From NCBI RefSeq assembly GCF_039982735.1, contig NZ_JBDWXV010000003.1:76898-140897 (forward strand): 64,000 bases of DNA. The letters run 5' to 3'. Positions 8,609 through 18,655 of this stretch are shown one piece after another. The DNA comes from Saccharospirillum sp. GTDB lineage: Bacteria > Pseudomonadota > Gammaproteobacteria > Pseudomonadales > Natronospirillaceae. The notes beneath the pieces are model-generated. The model saw nothing but the letters and a program-made list of their open reading frames with translations. It was not told the origin of the DNA and searched no databases. Numbering within the stretch: the first letter of the stretch is position 1; the number at the start of each line of letters is the position of its first letter. The position numbers were made by a program, and so were the translations under genes.

Positions 8609-9913
8609 TTAATAGGGGTTCGCCACGAACAGATCCTGGGCTGGGAAAAGCGTGATGACCCGACAGCCATCAGCCGTCACCACAACTTCCTCTTCGATAC
8701 GGGCGGCGCCATTGCCATCTGCTGCCGGGCAGTAGGTCTCAAGGGCGAACACCATGCCTTCCTGCAGTTCAAACGGGTTCTCAAAGGAAACCAGTCGGCT
8801 GATGATGGGACGCTCATGAAGCGCAAGTCCAAGTCCATGCCCGAACTGCAGACCAAAGGCTTCCATTTCGCTTTGAAAGCCAAACTCGGTTGCTGCCGGC
8901 CATACGGCTGCAATCTTATCGGTGGTCATCCCCGGTCTGACCAGGTTAATAGCAGCGTCGATCCATTCGCGGGCTTTGCGATAGGCATCCACCTGGGCAA
9001 GCGTTTTACTGCCCACATTCAGCGTTCGGTAATAACAGGTGCGATAACCCATGTAAGACTGGATGATGTCAAAAAAAGCCTGATCGCCCGGACGATACAT
9101 GCGATCAGTAAAGTTATGTGGGTGTGGGCTGCAACGCTCCCCTGATACAGCGTTTATCGCCTCTACATCGTCCGACCCATTGTCATAAAGAAACTTGTTG
9201 GCGATGGCAACGAGCTCGTTCTCTCGTTTGCCTGGTTTCAGGTTGTCCGCTATCAACTGGTAACATCCATCGACCATCGATGCTGACTGATTCAGCAGGA
9301 TGATCTCATCCATGCTTTTGATCTGACGTGCATTCAGCATCACTTGCTGTACATCTCGAACATCGAGCCCTTGCTTTTGCAAGGCGAACAACATGGGCGG
9401 TTCACAGACATCCACACCGATGGGCATATCGGCAACCCCTTCGGACTGAAGAATATCGCGAATTTCTTTTGCCGCATTTTCGAATAGCCCGGCTTCTTCA
9501 GCCACGGAACCGCGCAAGCCCAACATGCCGGCACGCCAGTGATCGTTATCGAACCAGGGGTTATTCAATCGGTGGTGTGCCGCGGCACTGCCAAAGTCCC
9601 ACAGATAAGGGTCGGAATTACCCGTAAACAAGGCATACCGGCATATTTTGTCCCGCGACCACTCACCAATGACGCTGCTGGTGAGGTAACGAATGTTGTT
9701 GTTGTCGAAACACAACATGGCACCCAGGTCAGACTCACGAAGTGCCTGTCTGGCGCGTTCCACGCGATACTTGTGCAAACGTTTGAAGTCGACACGTTCT
9801 TCAAAATCAACATTCATACGCCCGGGTGCCGGTATAGGACGGCTCCAATCCCAGCGGGGGTCAAGTGCGTCGGTGTCAATGATGCTCGGCTCTACAATAA
9901 TGTTGTTACTCAT
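8609..9913 (-). CDS. M24 (Xaa-Pro peptidase/creatinase-like) metallohydrolase
   Basis: Creatinase-like N-domain plus pita-bread domain: FDIIQSYMGYRTC, GHGLGLALHERP, FALETY, RIEEEVVVT. Start moved to the ATG at 9913 (GAGAGG RBS). Confidence 0.88.
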   Translation of the reverse strand: MSNNIIVEPSIIDTDALDPRWDWSRPIPAPGRMNVDFEERVDFKRLHKYRVERARQALRESDLGAMLCFDNNNIRYLTSSVIGEWSRDKICRYALFTGNSDPYLWDFGSAAAHHRLNNPWFDNDHWRAGMLGLRGSVAEEAGLFENAAKEIRDILQSEGVADMPIGVDVCEPPMLFALQKQGLDVRDVQQVMLNARQIKSMDEIILLNQSASMVDGCYQLIADNLKPGKRENELVAIANKFLYDNGSDDVEAINAVSGERCSPHPHNFTDRMYRPGDQAFFDIIQSYMGYRTCYYRTLNVGSKTLAQVDAYRKAREWIDAAINLVRPGMTTDKIAAVWPAATEFGFQSEMEAFGLQFGHGLGLALHERPIISRLVSFENPFELQEGMVFALETYCPAADGNGAARIEEEVVVTADGCRVITLFPAQDLFVANPY

Positions 9914-9978
9914 GGTATTCCTCTCGCCCACGGTGTTGTGCCTGGCCACATCCCGGCACTTCACCACAGTGTCTTTGG

Positions 9979-11481
9979 TTATTTTGGTGTGATTCCGGAG
10001 ATCGCCTGGATCAGCTTATCTTCCGTTACATCTTCTGAGGTGAACGTTTTTATTATTTCGCCTGAGTACATGGCAACGATTCGGTCGGCAACATGCAATA
10101 CTTCGGGCATTTCCGAACTGATCACGATAACGGCGTAGCCACCGGCTGCGAGCTCCCGTATCAGCTTGTGAATTTCGGACTTGGAGCCTACGTCTATGCC
10201 TCGCGTTGGCTCATCAACAATCAGGACTTTCGGATGCATTGACAACCACTTGCCAATGACGATCTTCTGCTGGTTACCACCGGAGAGATTGCCCACGGTT
10301 TGTCGCCAGCCCGGTGTGCGAATATCCAGCCGATCCCGATACAGGTCGAAAAGCGCTACTTCTGCACCATCGGATACGAAAGGCCCTGCTTTCATGTCAT
10401 CAATCTGTGGCAACGTCATGTTGTCGCGACAGTTCATGCCAAGCACCAGGCCTTGCGTTTTACGGTCTTCAGGAACCAGGGAAATCCCTTCTCTAATAGC
10501 AGTAGCAGGCGAATTGATGACTGTTTCTTTGCCTTCCAGAAAGATCGCTCCTGAACTGGGTTGTCTGAGTCCAAACAGTGTTTCCGCTATTTCCGTTCTG
10601 CCCGCGCCCACCAAACCGTAAAACCCCAGGACTTCGCCGCACCGAACCTGAAAGCTAACGTTGTGGAATGAAGCCCCACAACTGAGATCTTTAACCTCAA
10701 TGGCAATCTCACCCAGCTCATGGTTAACAGGAGCACGGGACAAGTCGAGATTACGGCCAATCATCATTCGAGTAATGGCTTCCTCAGTGGTATCCGCCGT
10801 CAACACAGAATCCTGATACTGGCCGTCACGGAGCACACTGACCCGGTCGGTAATCTTGAAAATCTCCTCCATGCGATGGGATATATAAACAATGCCAACC
10901 CCCTGGCTCTTCAAGTCGTCGATTACTTCAAACAGGACCAGCTTCTCGGCATCGGTCAGTGAGGCGGTTGGTTCATCGAAAATCACCGCTTTGGCGTCCA
11001 CCGTCAAAGCCCGTGCAATCTCGACCATTTGCTGGTTGGCAATGGATAAATCCCCGACCCGGGTACGCGCATCGAAGTTCACTTTCAGGCGTGTTAGAAT
11101 CCCATCGGTTTTTTCAAAGAGTGTTTTCCAATCAACCCGACCCATCGACTTTCTCGGTAACTCACCCAGGTACACGTTTTCTGCCACAGACAGCTCTTCA
11201 GCGAGGCTGAGCTCCTGATGGATAAAAACGATGCCCTTATTCTTGGCATCGAGCGGGTTGGACATGACAACCGGCGTTTCAGCAACGTAGATCGTTCCAG
11301 CATCGGGTTGATAGATTCCGCCGAGTACTTTCATCAGCGTCGATTTTCCGGCACCGTTCTCTCCCATCAGCGCATGAACTTCACCTGCCATCACAGAAAG
11401 AGATACGTTATCGAGCGCCTTAACACCCGGAAATGCTTTGACAATGCCCTCCAGACGCAGGGCTGGCGTTGACTGAGTCAT
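9979..11481 (-). CDS. sugar ABC transporter ATP-binding protein (RbsA/CUT2 type)
   Basis: GENGAGKS Walker A, LSIANQQ, DEPT, and a second domain with LSGGNQQK and DEPTRGID. Confidence 0.95.
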   Translation of the reverse strand: MTQSTPALRLEGIVKAFPGVKALDNVSLSVMAGEVHALMGENGAGKSTLMKVLGGIYQPDAGTIYVAETPVVMSNPLDAKNKGIVFIHQELSLAEELSVAENVYLGELPRKSMGRVDWKTLFEKTDGILTRLKVNFDARTRVGDLSIANQQMVEIARALTVDAKAVIFDEPTASLTDAEKLVLFEVIDDLKSQGVGIVYISHRMEEIFKITDRVSVLRDGQYQDSVLTADTTEEAITRMMIGRNLDLSRAPVNHELGEIAIEVKDLSCGASFHNVSFQVRCGEVLGFYGLVGAGRTEIAETLFGLRQPSSGAIFLEGKETVINSPATAIREGISLVPEDRKTQGLVLGMNCRDNMTLPQIDDMKAGPFVSDGAEVALFDLYRDRLDIRTPGWRQTVGNLSGGNQQKIVIGKWLSMHPKVLIVDEPTRGIDVGSKSEIHKLIRELAAGGYAVIVISSEMPEVLHVADRIVAMYSGEIIKTFTSEDVTEDKLIQAISGITPK

Positions 11482-12482
11482 ACTTTTAACTCCTGTGCGC
11501 CCTTCACGTTGAGCTGGCGATCAATGAACAGAACCACAATCAGGATAAGGCCGAGAACCAGATTCACGGTTGAGGTATCAGCCCCAATGTAGCCCAGCCC
11601 TGTTCGCAGCAACTGGATAGCAATGACCCCTCCCAGGGTACCGATGATCGAGCCCGAACCACCGGCCAGCTTGGTACCACCCAGCACCACGGCGGTGATG
11701 ACCCACAATTCATACAACATGCCGTCATTCGGGTTTACCGAGCCCGATCCGGCGTAGAAAACGACCGCAGACAAGGCAGCCAGAAAGCCTATTAGCGCAA
11801 AATTGATCAACATATGCGGGCCTACCCGAATGCCTGCGTTGACGGCCGCATTCCGGTTGTCGCCTATCGCATACGCATTACGCCCGTGGACTGTGTAGCG
11901 GGTGATCAGCCAAACAACCAGAACGGTCAGCCCAAACACCCAGGTGGCTGTGTGTAATCCAAGAAATCGAGCCTCGGCAAGGTCGACCAGCGTCCAGTTG
12001 AGGTTTGACGTTGGGTTTTCACCGTTGAACATAAATACAAGACCACGATAGCCCAACATGGAACCCAGAGTGACGATGAAGGCATCGACGCCTGTCTTCC
12101 ACACGATCAACCCGTTTAAAGCGCCAAGTAAAACCCCGGTGGTCAAAGCAAGTAATACACTGGCAACAATTACCCAGTCGCCAATGCCCGAGAAAATACT
12201 CCAGGACAAACTGTCCAGCAGGATAATTCCCGCCATGGCAAAGATGGCCCCAACGCTCAAGTCAATGTTTCCGTTCACCATGACAATGGTCATACCGACA
12301 GCAATGATGCCAATGGGAGCGGACTGTTTGAGCAGAAGTAACATGTTTCCGCCATCCATGAACGCGACATCCGTTAACGACAAGTATTTTCCCGCAATAC
12401 TGAAAAATATGAGCTCAACAACAATGAACAACCAAATTGCGCTCGTGCTTAGGTTGCGTTTTATAAAATCAGAATTCATCAC
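11478..12482 (-). CDS. sugar ABC transporter permease (CUT2)
   Basis: Multiple TM helices; IDLSVG, FIVTLG, GRNAYAIGDN, AVVLGG motifs. Confidence 0.92.
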   Translation of the reverse strand: MMNSDFIKRNLSTSAIWLFIVVELIFFSIAGKYLSLTDVAFMDGGNMLLLLKQSAPIGIIAVGMTIVMVNGNIDLSVGAIFAMAGIILLDSLSWSIFSGIGDWVIVASVLLALTTGVLLGALNGLIVWKTGVDAFIVTLGSMLGYRGLVFMFNGENPTSNLNWTLVDLAEARFLGLHTATWVFGLTVLVVWLITRYTVHGRNAYAIGDNRNAAVNAGIRVGPHMLINFALIGFLAALSAVVFYAGSGSVNPNDGMLYELWVITAVVLGGTKLAGGSGSIIGTLGGVIAIQLLRTGLGYIGADTSTVNLVLGLILIVVLFIDRQLNVKGAQELKV

Positions 12483-12488
12483 CCGCTC

Positions 12489-13460
12489 CTATATCGTGGC
12501 CCAGAACTTGCCACGCTTGACTGAGATATCGAGCCACACCGCCAGGATGATAATGATCCACGTGATGACATACTGGATATAGAAGGGCCACCCAATCAGC
12601 AGGAGTCCGTTTTGAATGAAACCCAGAATCAATACGCCGATGACTGTCTTGAGAACCGTACCTGAACCCCCCAGAAGCGATGCACCTCCGAGAATGACAG
12701 CCGCGAGCACTTCCAGCTCCAGGCCTTGGCCAACCGTATTTTGGCTACCCATTGAACGACTGGCCTGAATCAACCCGGCCGTTGCCACGCAAAACGCTGA
12801 AATGAGATAACAGGTAAATACGGTACGGGCTCTGGGTATGCCAGAAAAAGACGCGGCGGTTGAGTTGCCACCGACGGCATAAACCTTCCTTCCGAACGGA
12901 GTTTTTGCCAGGAGTACGCCAAGAAATGCAGCCAGTGCGACAAACAGGATAATCGGCACGGGCAAGCCAAGAATTTCCCCCTGCCCGAAGAAGCTGAACC
13001 AGGTGCCTGCTTTGTCGTCAATATCCATGTTCTTACCGCCTGAATAGGTCAGCGTCAGTCCATGGATGGCCGAGAGCATGCCAAGGGTTACAATCAGGGA
13101 GTTGAGTCGTAGATAACCAACCAGGAAACCGATGGTCCCGCCCAAACCGAGTGTCATTAAGTACATGGTTGGAATGGCCAGGCTGGGCCCTAATTTATCG
13201 TGCAGATCAAGCACCACAATCGTGGAGAAAGACATCATGGAGCCGACCGACAAGTCGAGATTCCCGCTGATGACGACAAAGGTCACGCCAAGAGCCATCA
13301 CACCCAGAATCGCCGATGATCTGACCACGCTTTGTAGATTGTCCAACGACAGAAACTTGGGACTAGCAAGCGCAAAAACCACCATAAACACCACGAATGC
13401 GATGAGAATGCCTTGATTGCCAATCACCGTAAGAATTCGTTTTCTGGCTAGATTTGCCAT
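12489..13460 (-). CDS. sugar ABC transporter permease (CUT2)
   Basis: LDLSVGS, LIVTLG, FGRKVYAVGGN, AAVILGG motifs. Confidence 0.92.
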   Translation of the reverse strand: MANLARKRILTVIGNQGILIAFVVFMVVFALASPKFLSLDNLQSVVRSSAILGVMALGVTFVVISGNLDLSVGSMMSFSTIVVLDLHDKLGPSLAIPTMYLMTLGLGGTIGFLVGYLRLNSLIVTLGMLSAIHGLTLTYSGGKNMDIDDKAGTWFSFFGQGEILGLPVPIILFVALAAFLGVLLAKTPFGRKVYAVGGNSTAASFSGIPRARTVFTCYLISAFCVATAGLIQASRSMGSQNTVGQGLELEVLAAVILGGASLLGGSGTVLKTVIGVLILGFIQNGLLLIGWPFYIQYVITWIIIILAVWLDISVKRGKFWATI

Positions 13461-13504
13461 ATGGGTATCCCTGAAACCGTATTGTTTTTATTAAGGTTAA
13501 AGAG

Positions 13505-13537
13505 TGCCCCAGGCATTCGATTGAACGCCTTGGGGCA
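13505..13537 (-). promoter_or_regulatory. stem-loop between SBP and permease genes (mRNA stabiliser or partial terminator)
   Basis: TGCCCCAGGC...GCCTTGGGGCA hairpin with one bulge, in the SBP-permease spacer. Confidence 0.5.
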
Positions 13538-13589
13538 TTGACTTTTGGGAGTTTTAGGGCACCACTGGGCACCCCACCCAAAACCGGTA

Positions 13590-14543
13590 TCAGAATACTG
13601 GACGGGTAAACTCATCCATATTGTCTTGAGTGATTTTCGGCGTATCGAAATAGTTCAGGAAAGGAACGTCATTTCCTTCCAGAATTTCAATGGCGGTCAG
13701 CAGAGCCGCTTCTGCGTCATCTACAGGAGACTGGTAGATTGAACCCCAATAGTCGCCTTCAGCCATGGCATCGTAGCCGACAGAGAAATTGGTGGCGCCA
13801 ACGAAAATGATGCCATCGCGACCTGCTGCGCGAGCAGCGTTCAGTGCGCCAACACCCATGTTGTCGTCGCCTGAATAGACGCCGTCGATGTCATCGTACT
13901 TGGTCAAGAAGGCTTCCATCACCTGTTGAGACCGCTCCCGGTTCCAGTCACCAGGTTGCGTTTCCATCAGGTCTACATTGGGGCAAACCTCGGGCAGACG
14001 GTCCTCAAAACCAGCCGCACGTTCAATAGCCGTGGTGTAACCAGGTTGTCCTGAGATTTGTACAACTTTGGCTTCGTTCTCGATCCCCATGTCCTTGAAC
14101 TTGTCGCACATGATCTCGGCAGAGCGGCTGCCCTGGGTCACGTTATCCGGACCTGAGAAGGAGCGAATGAAATCAAAGCCCTGTTCAGCAATGTTTGAGT
14201 TGGTTACAACCACAGGGATACCGGCATTGTGGGCTCTGCGGACGGCCGGAATGACAGCTTCGCCATTGGTTGGCCAGATGATAATCGCGTCAACTTCCTG
14301 TTGAATGAGTGAATCCACCTGGGCAATTTGACGTGCAACATCACCCCCGGCGTCAAGCACGACGGCGCGAACCTCATCATTGGCGTCTGCGGCCGCGATA
14401 AAGGCGCTTTCATAGGTCGTCTGGTAGCTATCAACACCCACGTTATTCTGTGTGATACCAATTCTCATTTCGGCCACCGCCAGGGCTGGACCCATTAACA
14501 CGGTGGCAGTTACAGCGGTTGCTAGTAGTGTTTTAGTGCTCAT
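13590..14543 (-). CDS. sugar ABC transporter periplasmic binding protein (RbsB-like)
   Basis: Signal peptide, DAGGDVARQIAQV, VDAIIIWP, IPVVVTN, SGDDNMGVGA. Rich in acidic residues. Confidence 0.92.
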   Translation of the reverse strand: MSTKTLLATAVTATVLMGPALAVAEMRIGITQNNVGVDSYQTTYESAFIAAADANDEVRAVVLDAGGDVARQIAQVDSLIQQEVDAIIIWPTNGEAVIPAVRRAHNAGIPVVVTNSNIAEQGFDFIRSFSGPDNVTQGSRSAEIMCDKFKDMGIENEAKVVQISGQPGYTTAIERAAGFEDRLPEVCPNVDLMETQPGDWNRERSQQVMEAFLTKYDDIDGVYSGDDNMGVGALNAARAAGRDGIIFVGATNFSVGYDAMAEGDYWGSIYQSPVDDAEAALLTAIEILEGNDVPFLNYFDTPKITQDNMDEFTRPVF

Positions 14544-14678
14544 TTTTACTCTCCGTTATTTTTGTTCTGCTTTACTGCGTTACTGCTGCATCAGCTCGGT
14601 CAACGGCAAGTTACGCATTCCCAGTTTGAAACGGGCTGGATAACCATACCCCCGGCCGCATGTTGAAAAACCCCCCAA

Positions 14679-14753
14679 TATATCCAGTTTGGATATACCA
14701 TATCCATTTTGGACATCATAATGGTTAATATACTTACGCTCTCGGAGTATATT
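14679..14753. promoter_or_regulatory. divergent promoter region with tandem palindromic operators
   Basis: TATATCCA-GTT-TGGATATA (14679-14697, perfect), ATATCCA-TTT-TGGACAT (14700-14716, one mismatch), and AATATACT-N11-AGTATATT (14727-14753, perfect). Confidence 0.65.
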
Positions 14754-14825
14754 CAGTTCCCTAATAAGAACTAATTGCGGTCCACTGCATTTCAGTCGGC
14801 CCAGGCTAGGCACGGAGCGGTCTTT

Positions 14826-16571
14826 ATGTCGTCAATGCACCACAACTCGGTAGACAGAATTTCGGTGTTGGCCGCCCCGGATGAAGGCGTATTGCGCTTC
14901 CTCGACTACATGGACGAGCACATGCTGGCCTTCGAGTCGGCTCATTCACTGTTCAAACCGAATGCCCATATTCGTATGTGTGTTGAGCTCCTGAGGCGTC
15001 ATTTTCAGGGAAAAGTCACCTCGCCAACGCTGCTGATCGATATCAGTGGCGTACCCTATGCCACCGCTACCCGCCGGTTAAATGAACTGGTCGAATCAGG
15101 CTTGATTAACCGCAGAGCGCGCCACAAAAGCGAACGCAGCTTCACCTTGCACCCCAGCGATCAGCTTCTGTCTCTCTGGATCCAAATGGCCAAAGACAAC
15201 AACCTGCTGATCAACAGTACGGTCAATCTGGCGGATCAAAAGCATGAGCCCGACGAACGTTTCTTTGGCAGTGACTACTTCACTGAACGCCTGGGGCCAC
15301 CGCTGAATGTGCTGAGTACACCCCTGTCTCTGGCCGGCGGCCTGCGTATGCTGTCGCACAGCGACCCTACCTTCCTGATCATGAACAACCTCAAACGTCA
15401 TTTCGAACTGATTGTTGGCTGCCCCATCCATCACCGTTCCTACTCCCTGGATAAGCTGTATGACGAAGCTGTTGAAAATTCGAGTCGTGACAAAAGCAGT
15501 TACGATCTGGTTGCAGTGAACTTCCCGTGGATTGGCGAATTTGCCGAGCGCGGCATGCTATTGCCACTGGATACACTGATCGACATCGAGGCACTGAGCC
15601 CGACAGACTTTCACGCAGCCAGCTGGCGGGCATCCCACTGGGGTGGCCGTTGCTATGGCATTCCGGTAGAGACGACCTCCGAAGTATTGATGTACCGGAC
15701 CGATCTCTTTGCTCAGGAAGGCATTGAGCCGCCTACCACGATCGATGAGTTGTTAGCCGTTGCGGAAAAACTGCATAAACCGGAAAAGCAGATCTATGGT
15801 ATCGCCTGGAACGCAGCGAGAGGCACCGCGCTGAGCCATACCTTTATGATGGCGATGGCCGATTTTGGTCAACCGATCATTGATTTGGCCCCGGATGGCG
15901 AAGAGTTTTCAATTGCGGGCCTGGGCAGTCACAAGTATCGATCAATGATCGATTCAGAGGCGGGCCTGTCTGCTGCAAGATTCCTGCTGGAGCTTCTGAA
16001 GTACTCGCCTCCGGGCATTCTGAACATGTCCTGGTATGAGCGCACCAAAAGTTATGCCCAGGGCCAGGTCGCAATGACCTACAGTTTTTCCCAGATGACG
16101 CCCTACTTCGAAGATGACGACAATTCCCCGGCCAAAGACAATACCGGCTTCATCGCGCACCCGGCCGGTTCGGGCAAGAAACCCATTTCTCCACTGGGCG
16201 GCTTTGTGCTGGGCATTCCCAGCAATTTAAGCGAGCGGCGCAGGCAGGAAGCCGCCATCGCACTGGAAACATTCACCTCAGAACGGGCTCAGAGCCTCTA
16301 TGTCAAAAATGGCAGCCGCGGTTGTTCACGGTATTCGGCGAGCGAAGACCCCAACATCCGCATTAACTCACCGATCTTCGATGCGGTGGACCAATTGGCC
16401 ATTCAGGACCAACTGCAGGCATGGCCAAGACCACCCACTCCCGAGTTTGGCGCGATAACCCAGTTCTGCGGCGTTGTATTGCACGAAATGCTGCGCGGGG
16501 TCATCACACCCGAAGAGGCCCTGTCTCGGGCTCACGAAGGTGTCCAAAAACTCATCGAAAACTGGCAATAA
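14826..16571 (+). CDS. winged-helix DNA-binding domain fused to family-1 solute-binding domain (probable one-component regulator)
   Basis: N-terminal SGVPYATATRRLNELVESGLINRR helix-turn-helix/wing, then an SBP_bac_1-like domain (YDLVAVNFPWIGEFA, YGIPVET, LMYRTDLF, GQVAM). No signal peptide. Start moved to the ATG at 14826. Confidence 0.75.
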   Translation: MSSMHHNSVDRISVLAAPDEGVLRFLDYMDEHMLAFESAHSLFKPNAHIRMCVELLRRHFQGKVTSPTLLIDISGVPYATATRRLNELVESGLINRRARHKSERSFTLHPSDQLLSLWIQMAKDNNLLINSTVNLADQKHEPDERFFGSDYFTERLGPPLNVLSTPLSLAGGLRMLSHSDPTFLIMNNLKRHFELIVGCPIHHRSYSLDKLYDEAVENSSRDKSSYDLVAVNFPWIGEFAERGMLLPLDTLIDIEALSPTDFHAASWRASHWGGRCYGIPVETTSEVLMYRTDLFAQEGIEPPTTIDELLAVAEKLHKPEKQIYGIAWNAARGTALSHTFMMAMADFGQPIIDLAPDGEEFSIAGLGSHKYRSMIDSEAGLSAARFLLELLKYSPPGILNMSWYERTKSYAQGQVAMTYSFSQMTPYFEDDDNSPAKDNTGFIAHPAGSGKKPISPLGGFVLGIPSNLSERRRQEAAIALETFTSERAQSLYVKNGSRGCSRYSASEDPNIRINSPIFDAVDQLAIQDQLQAWPRPPTPEFGAITQFCGVVLHEMLRGVITPEEALSRAHEGVQKLIENWQ

Positions 16572-16653
16572 CAACAACGCAGTAACACGGAAATTTTAAA
16601 ACCAATAGACGGTTAACAACCCACTTCAAACAACAACAAGACTGGAGAGAAAA

Positions 16654-17463
16654 ATGGATCCGAAAAGACTGGCAGGAAAAAACATCGTCATCACCGGTGC
16701 AGCTCAAGGTATGGGCGCAGCAAATGCCATGTACTTTGCCGCGCAAGGCGCCAACGTGGTACTGGGCGATTTGAATCTCGACGGTGCTCAAGCCGTGGCC
16801 GAGAGTATCAATGCAGCCGGCGTAGGCAAAGCCGTTGCAGTGTCCATGAACGTCACCAAACGCGAAGACCACACAGCCGCGGTTCAAGCCTGTGTTGATG
16901 CCTTTGGTTCAATCAATGTTTATCTGAACAATGCGGGTGTGAACAAGCCCAAGATGTTTCTGGACATTGATGACGACAACTGGGACCTGATCATGAATGT
17001 CAACGCCAAGGGTGTGCTCTATGGCATGCAGGAAGCGACTAAGCAAATGATCAAGCAAGGCCCAATGGAGGATCACCCGTACAAGATCATCAACGTTGGT
17101 AGCATTCTGTCCCGTGCCGCCTTTCTGGACGTCATCCCCTACTCTTGCTCGAAACATGCGGTGCTGGCCATGACTACGGGCGGTGCTAAAGCGCTCTGGG
17201 AGCATAAGATCACGGTTAACGGCTACGGCCCCGGGGTTGTAAAAACCGAATTGTGGGAACAACTGGACAAAGACCTGGTCGAGATCGGGATGTTTGAGAA
17301 AGAAGGCCAGTCGATGGACCACCTGGCCGAAACCATGATTCTGATGAAAAAACTGTCAACACCGGATGATGTCATCGGCACCGCAGCCTTCCTGTGCTCG
17401 GATGAAAGTGACTACATGACCGGCCAGCTACTGATGATTGATGGCGGCATCATCATGCAGTAA
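16654..17463 (+). CDS. classical SDR, acetoin/diacetyl reductase or polyol dehydrogenase-like
   Basis: TGAAQGMG, NNAG, catalytic YSCSK, PGVVKTELW, YMTGQLLMIDGG. Confidence 0.92.
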   Translation: MDPKRLAGKNIVITGAAQGMGAANAMYFAAQGANVVLGDLNLDGAQAVAESINAAGVGKAVAVSMNVTKREDHTAAVQACVDAFGSINVYLNNAGVNKPKMFLDIDDDNWDLIMNVNAKGVLYGMQEATKQMIKQGPMEDHPYKIINVGSILSRAAFLDVIPYSCSKHAVLAMTTGGAKALWEHKITVNGYGPGVVKTELWEQLDKDLVEIGMFEKEGQSMDHLAETMILMKKLSTPDDVIGTAAFLCSDESDYMTGQLLMIDGGIIMQ

Positions 17464-17643
17464 AGCCAACCGGCAATCAGCGCAGTACCCTGAGACACAG
17501 CGATCAGGCAGACAGGCTCTAACCTGACCGTTCCCGGTACTGCGCTGCGGCCACCTGGCTTGATGCACTTGCCCTCAATTTTCGCCATGCCGGACTTGCT
17601 GGCCGATGTCACAGAGCCGCCTGACCAACCACAGAGGTTTGCA

Positions 17644-18645
17644 ATGAGTAACTCGAAGAAAAAATTGAGTGCGGACGAAGCGTTGAGAATGTTTCGCCAG
17701 ATGGTTCGTATACGCACCTTTGAAAATAACGCGAATCAGCTCTATTTATCGGCAAAAATGCCCGGACTGACACACATGTATTCCGGGGAAGAAGCGGTCG
17801 CTGTTGGCATTTGTGAAGCACTGCTGCCAACCGACAAGATTACATCGACCCACCGCGGCCATGGCCACTGCGTAGCCAAAGGCGCAGACTTTAAAGCCAT
17901 GTTCTGTGAGTTGCTCGGAAAGGAAGAGGGCTATTGCCGTGGTAAGGGCGGCTCCATGCACATTGCGGATCAGTCAAACGGAAACCTTGGCGCCAATGCG
18001 ATTGTCGGCGGCTCGATGGGTATCGCAACCGGAGCAGCACTGACCTCCAAATTGAAGAAGACGGGCGATGTTGCCGTTTGTTTCTTCGGCGATGGTGCTA
18101 CCGCCCAGGGGTTAATGTACGAAGTGATGAACATGGCTGCCCTATGGAACCTTCCGGTCATCTACGCCTGTGAAAACAATGGCTATTCGGAGTACACAAA
18201 AACTGAAGAAATTGCAGCCGGCTCCATTACGGCTCGAGCTGAAGCCTTTGGAATTGAATCGTATCAGGTCGATGGGCAGGACGTTATAGCCGTTAACGAG
18301 CTGTCGCAAAAACTGGTCGATCGAGCTCGAAAAGGTGAAGGGCCTTTTTTCCTCGAACTGATGACCTACCGGTACCACGGTCACCATGTGGGCGATATTA
18401 ACCGTGAGTATTATCGTGCCAAGGATGAAGAAGCAGACTGGAAGGAAAACCGGGACCCAATCATTCGCATGCGCGCCTGGCTGGTTGACAACGGATATGC
18501 CACAGAGGAGGCATTGGATGAGCTTCACAAAGAAGTGACAGAAGATGCCGAGAATGCAGTCGAATATGCACTGAACGCCCCCTACCCGGATGTCTCGGAG
18601 GTGGACATGCACGTCTACACCGATATTGAGCATGTCTTAGCCTGA
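17644..18645 (+). CDS. TPP-dependent dehydrogenase E1 alpha subunit (AcoA/PdhA-like)
   Basis: GEEAVAVG, HRGHGH, GKGGSMH, GDGA...ENN TPP motif, TYRYHGH. Start moved to the ATG at 17644. Confidence 0.93.
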   Translation: MSNSKKKLSADEALRMFRQMVRIRTFENNANQLYLSAKMPGLTHMYSGEEAVAVGICEALLPTDKITSTHRGHGHCVAKGADFKAMFCELLGKEEGYCRGKGGSMHIADQSNGNLGANAIVGGSMGIATGAALTSKLKKTGDVAVCFFGDGATAQGLMYEVMNMAALWNLPVIYACENNGYSEYTKTEEIAAGSITARAEAFGIESYQVDGQDVIAVNELSQKLVDRARKGEGPFFLELMTYRYHGHHVGDINREYYRAKDEEADWKENRDPIIRMRAWLVDNGYATEEALDELHKEVTEDAENAVEYALNAPYPDVSEVDMHVYTDIEHVLA

Positions 18646-18655
18646 GGAGAACAGT

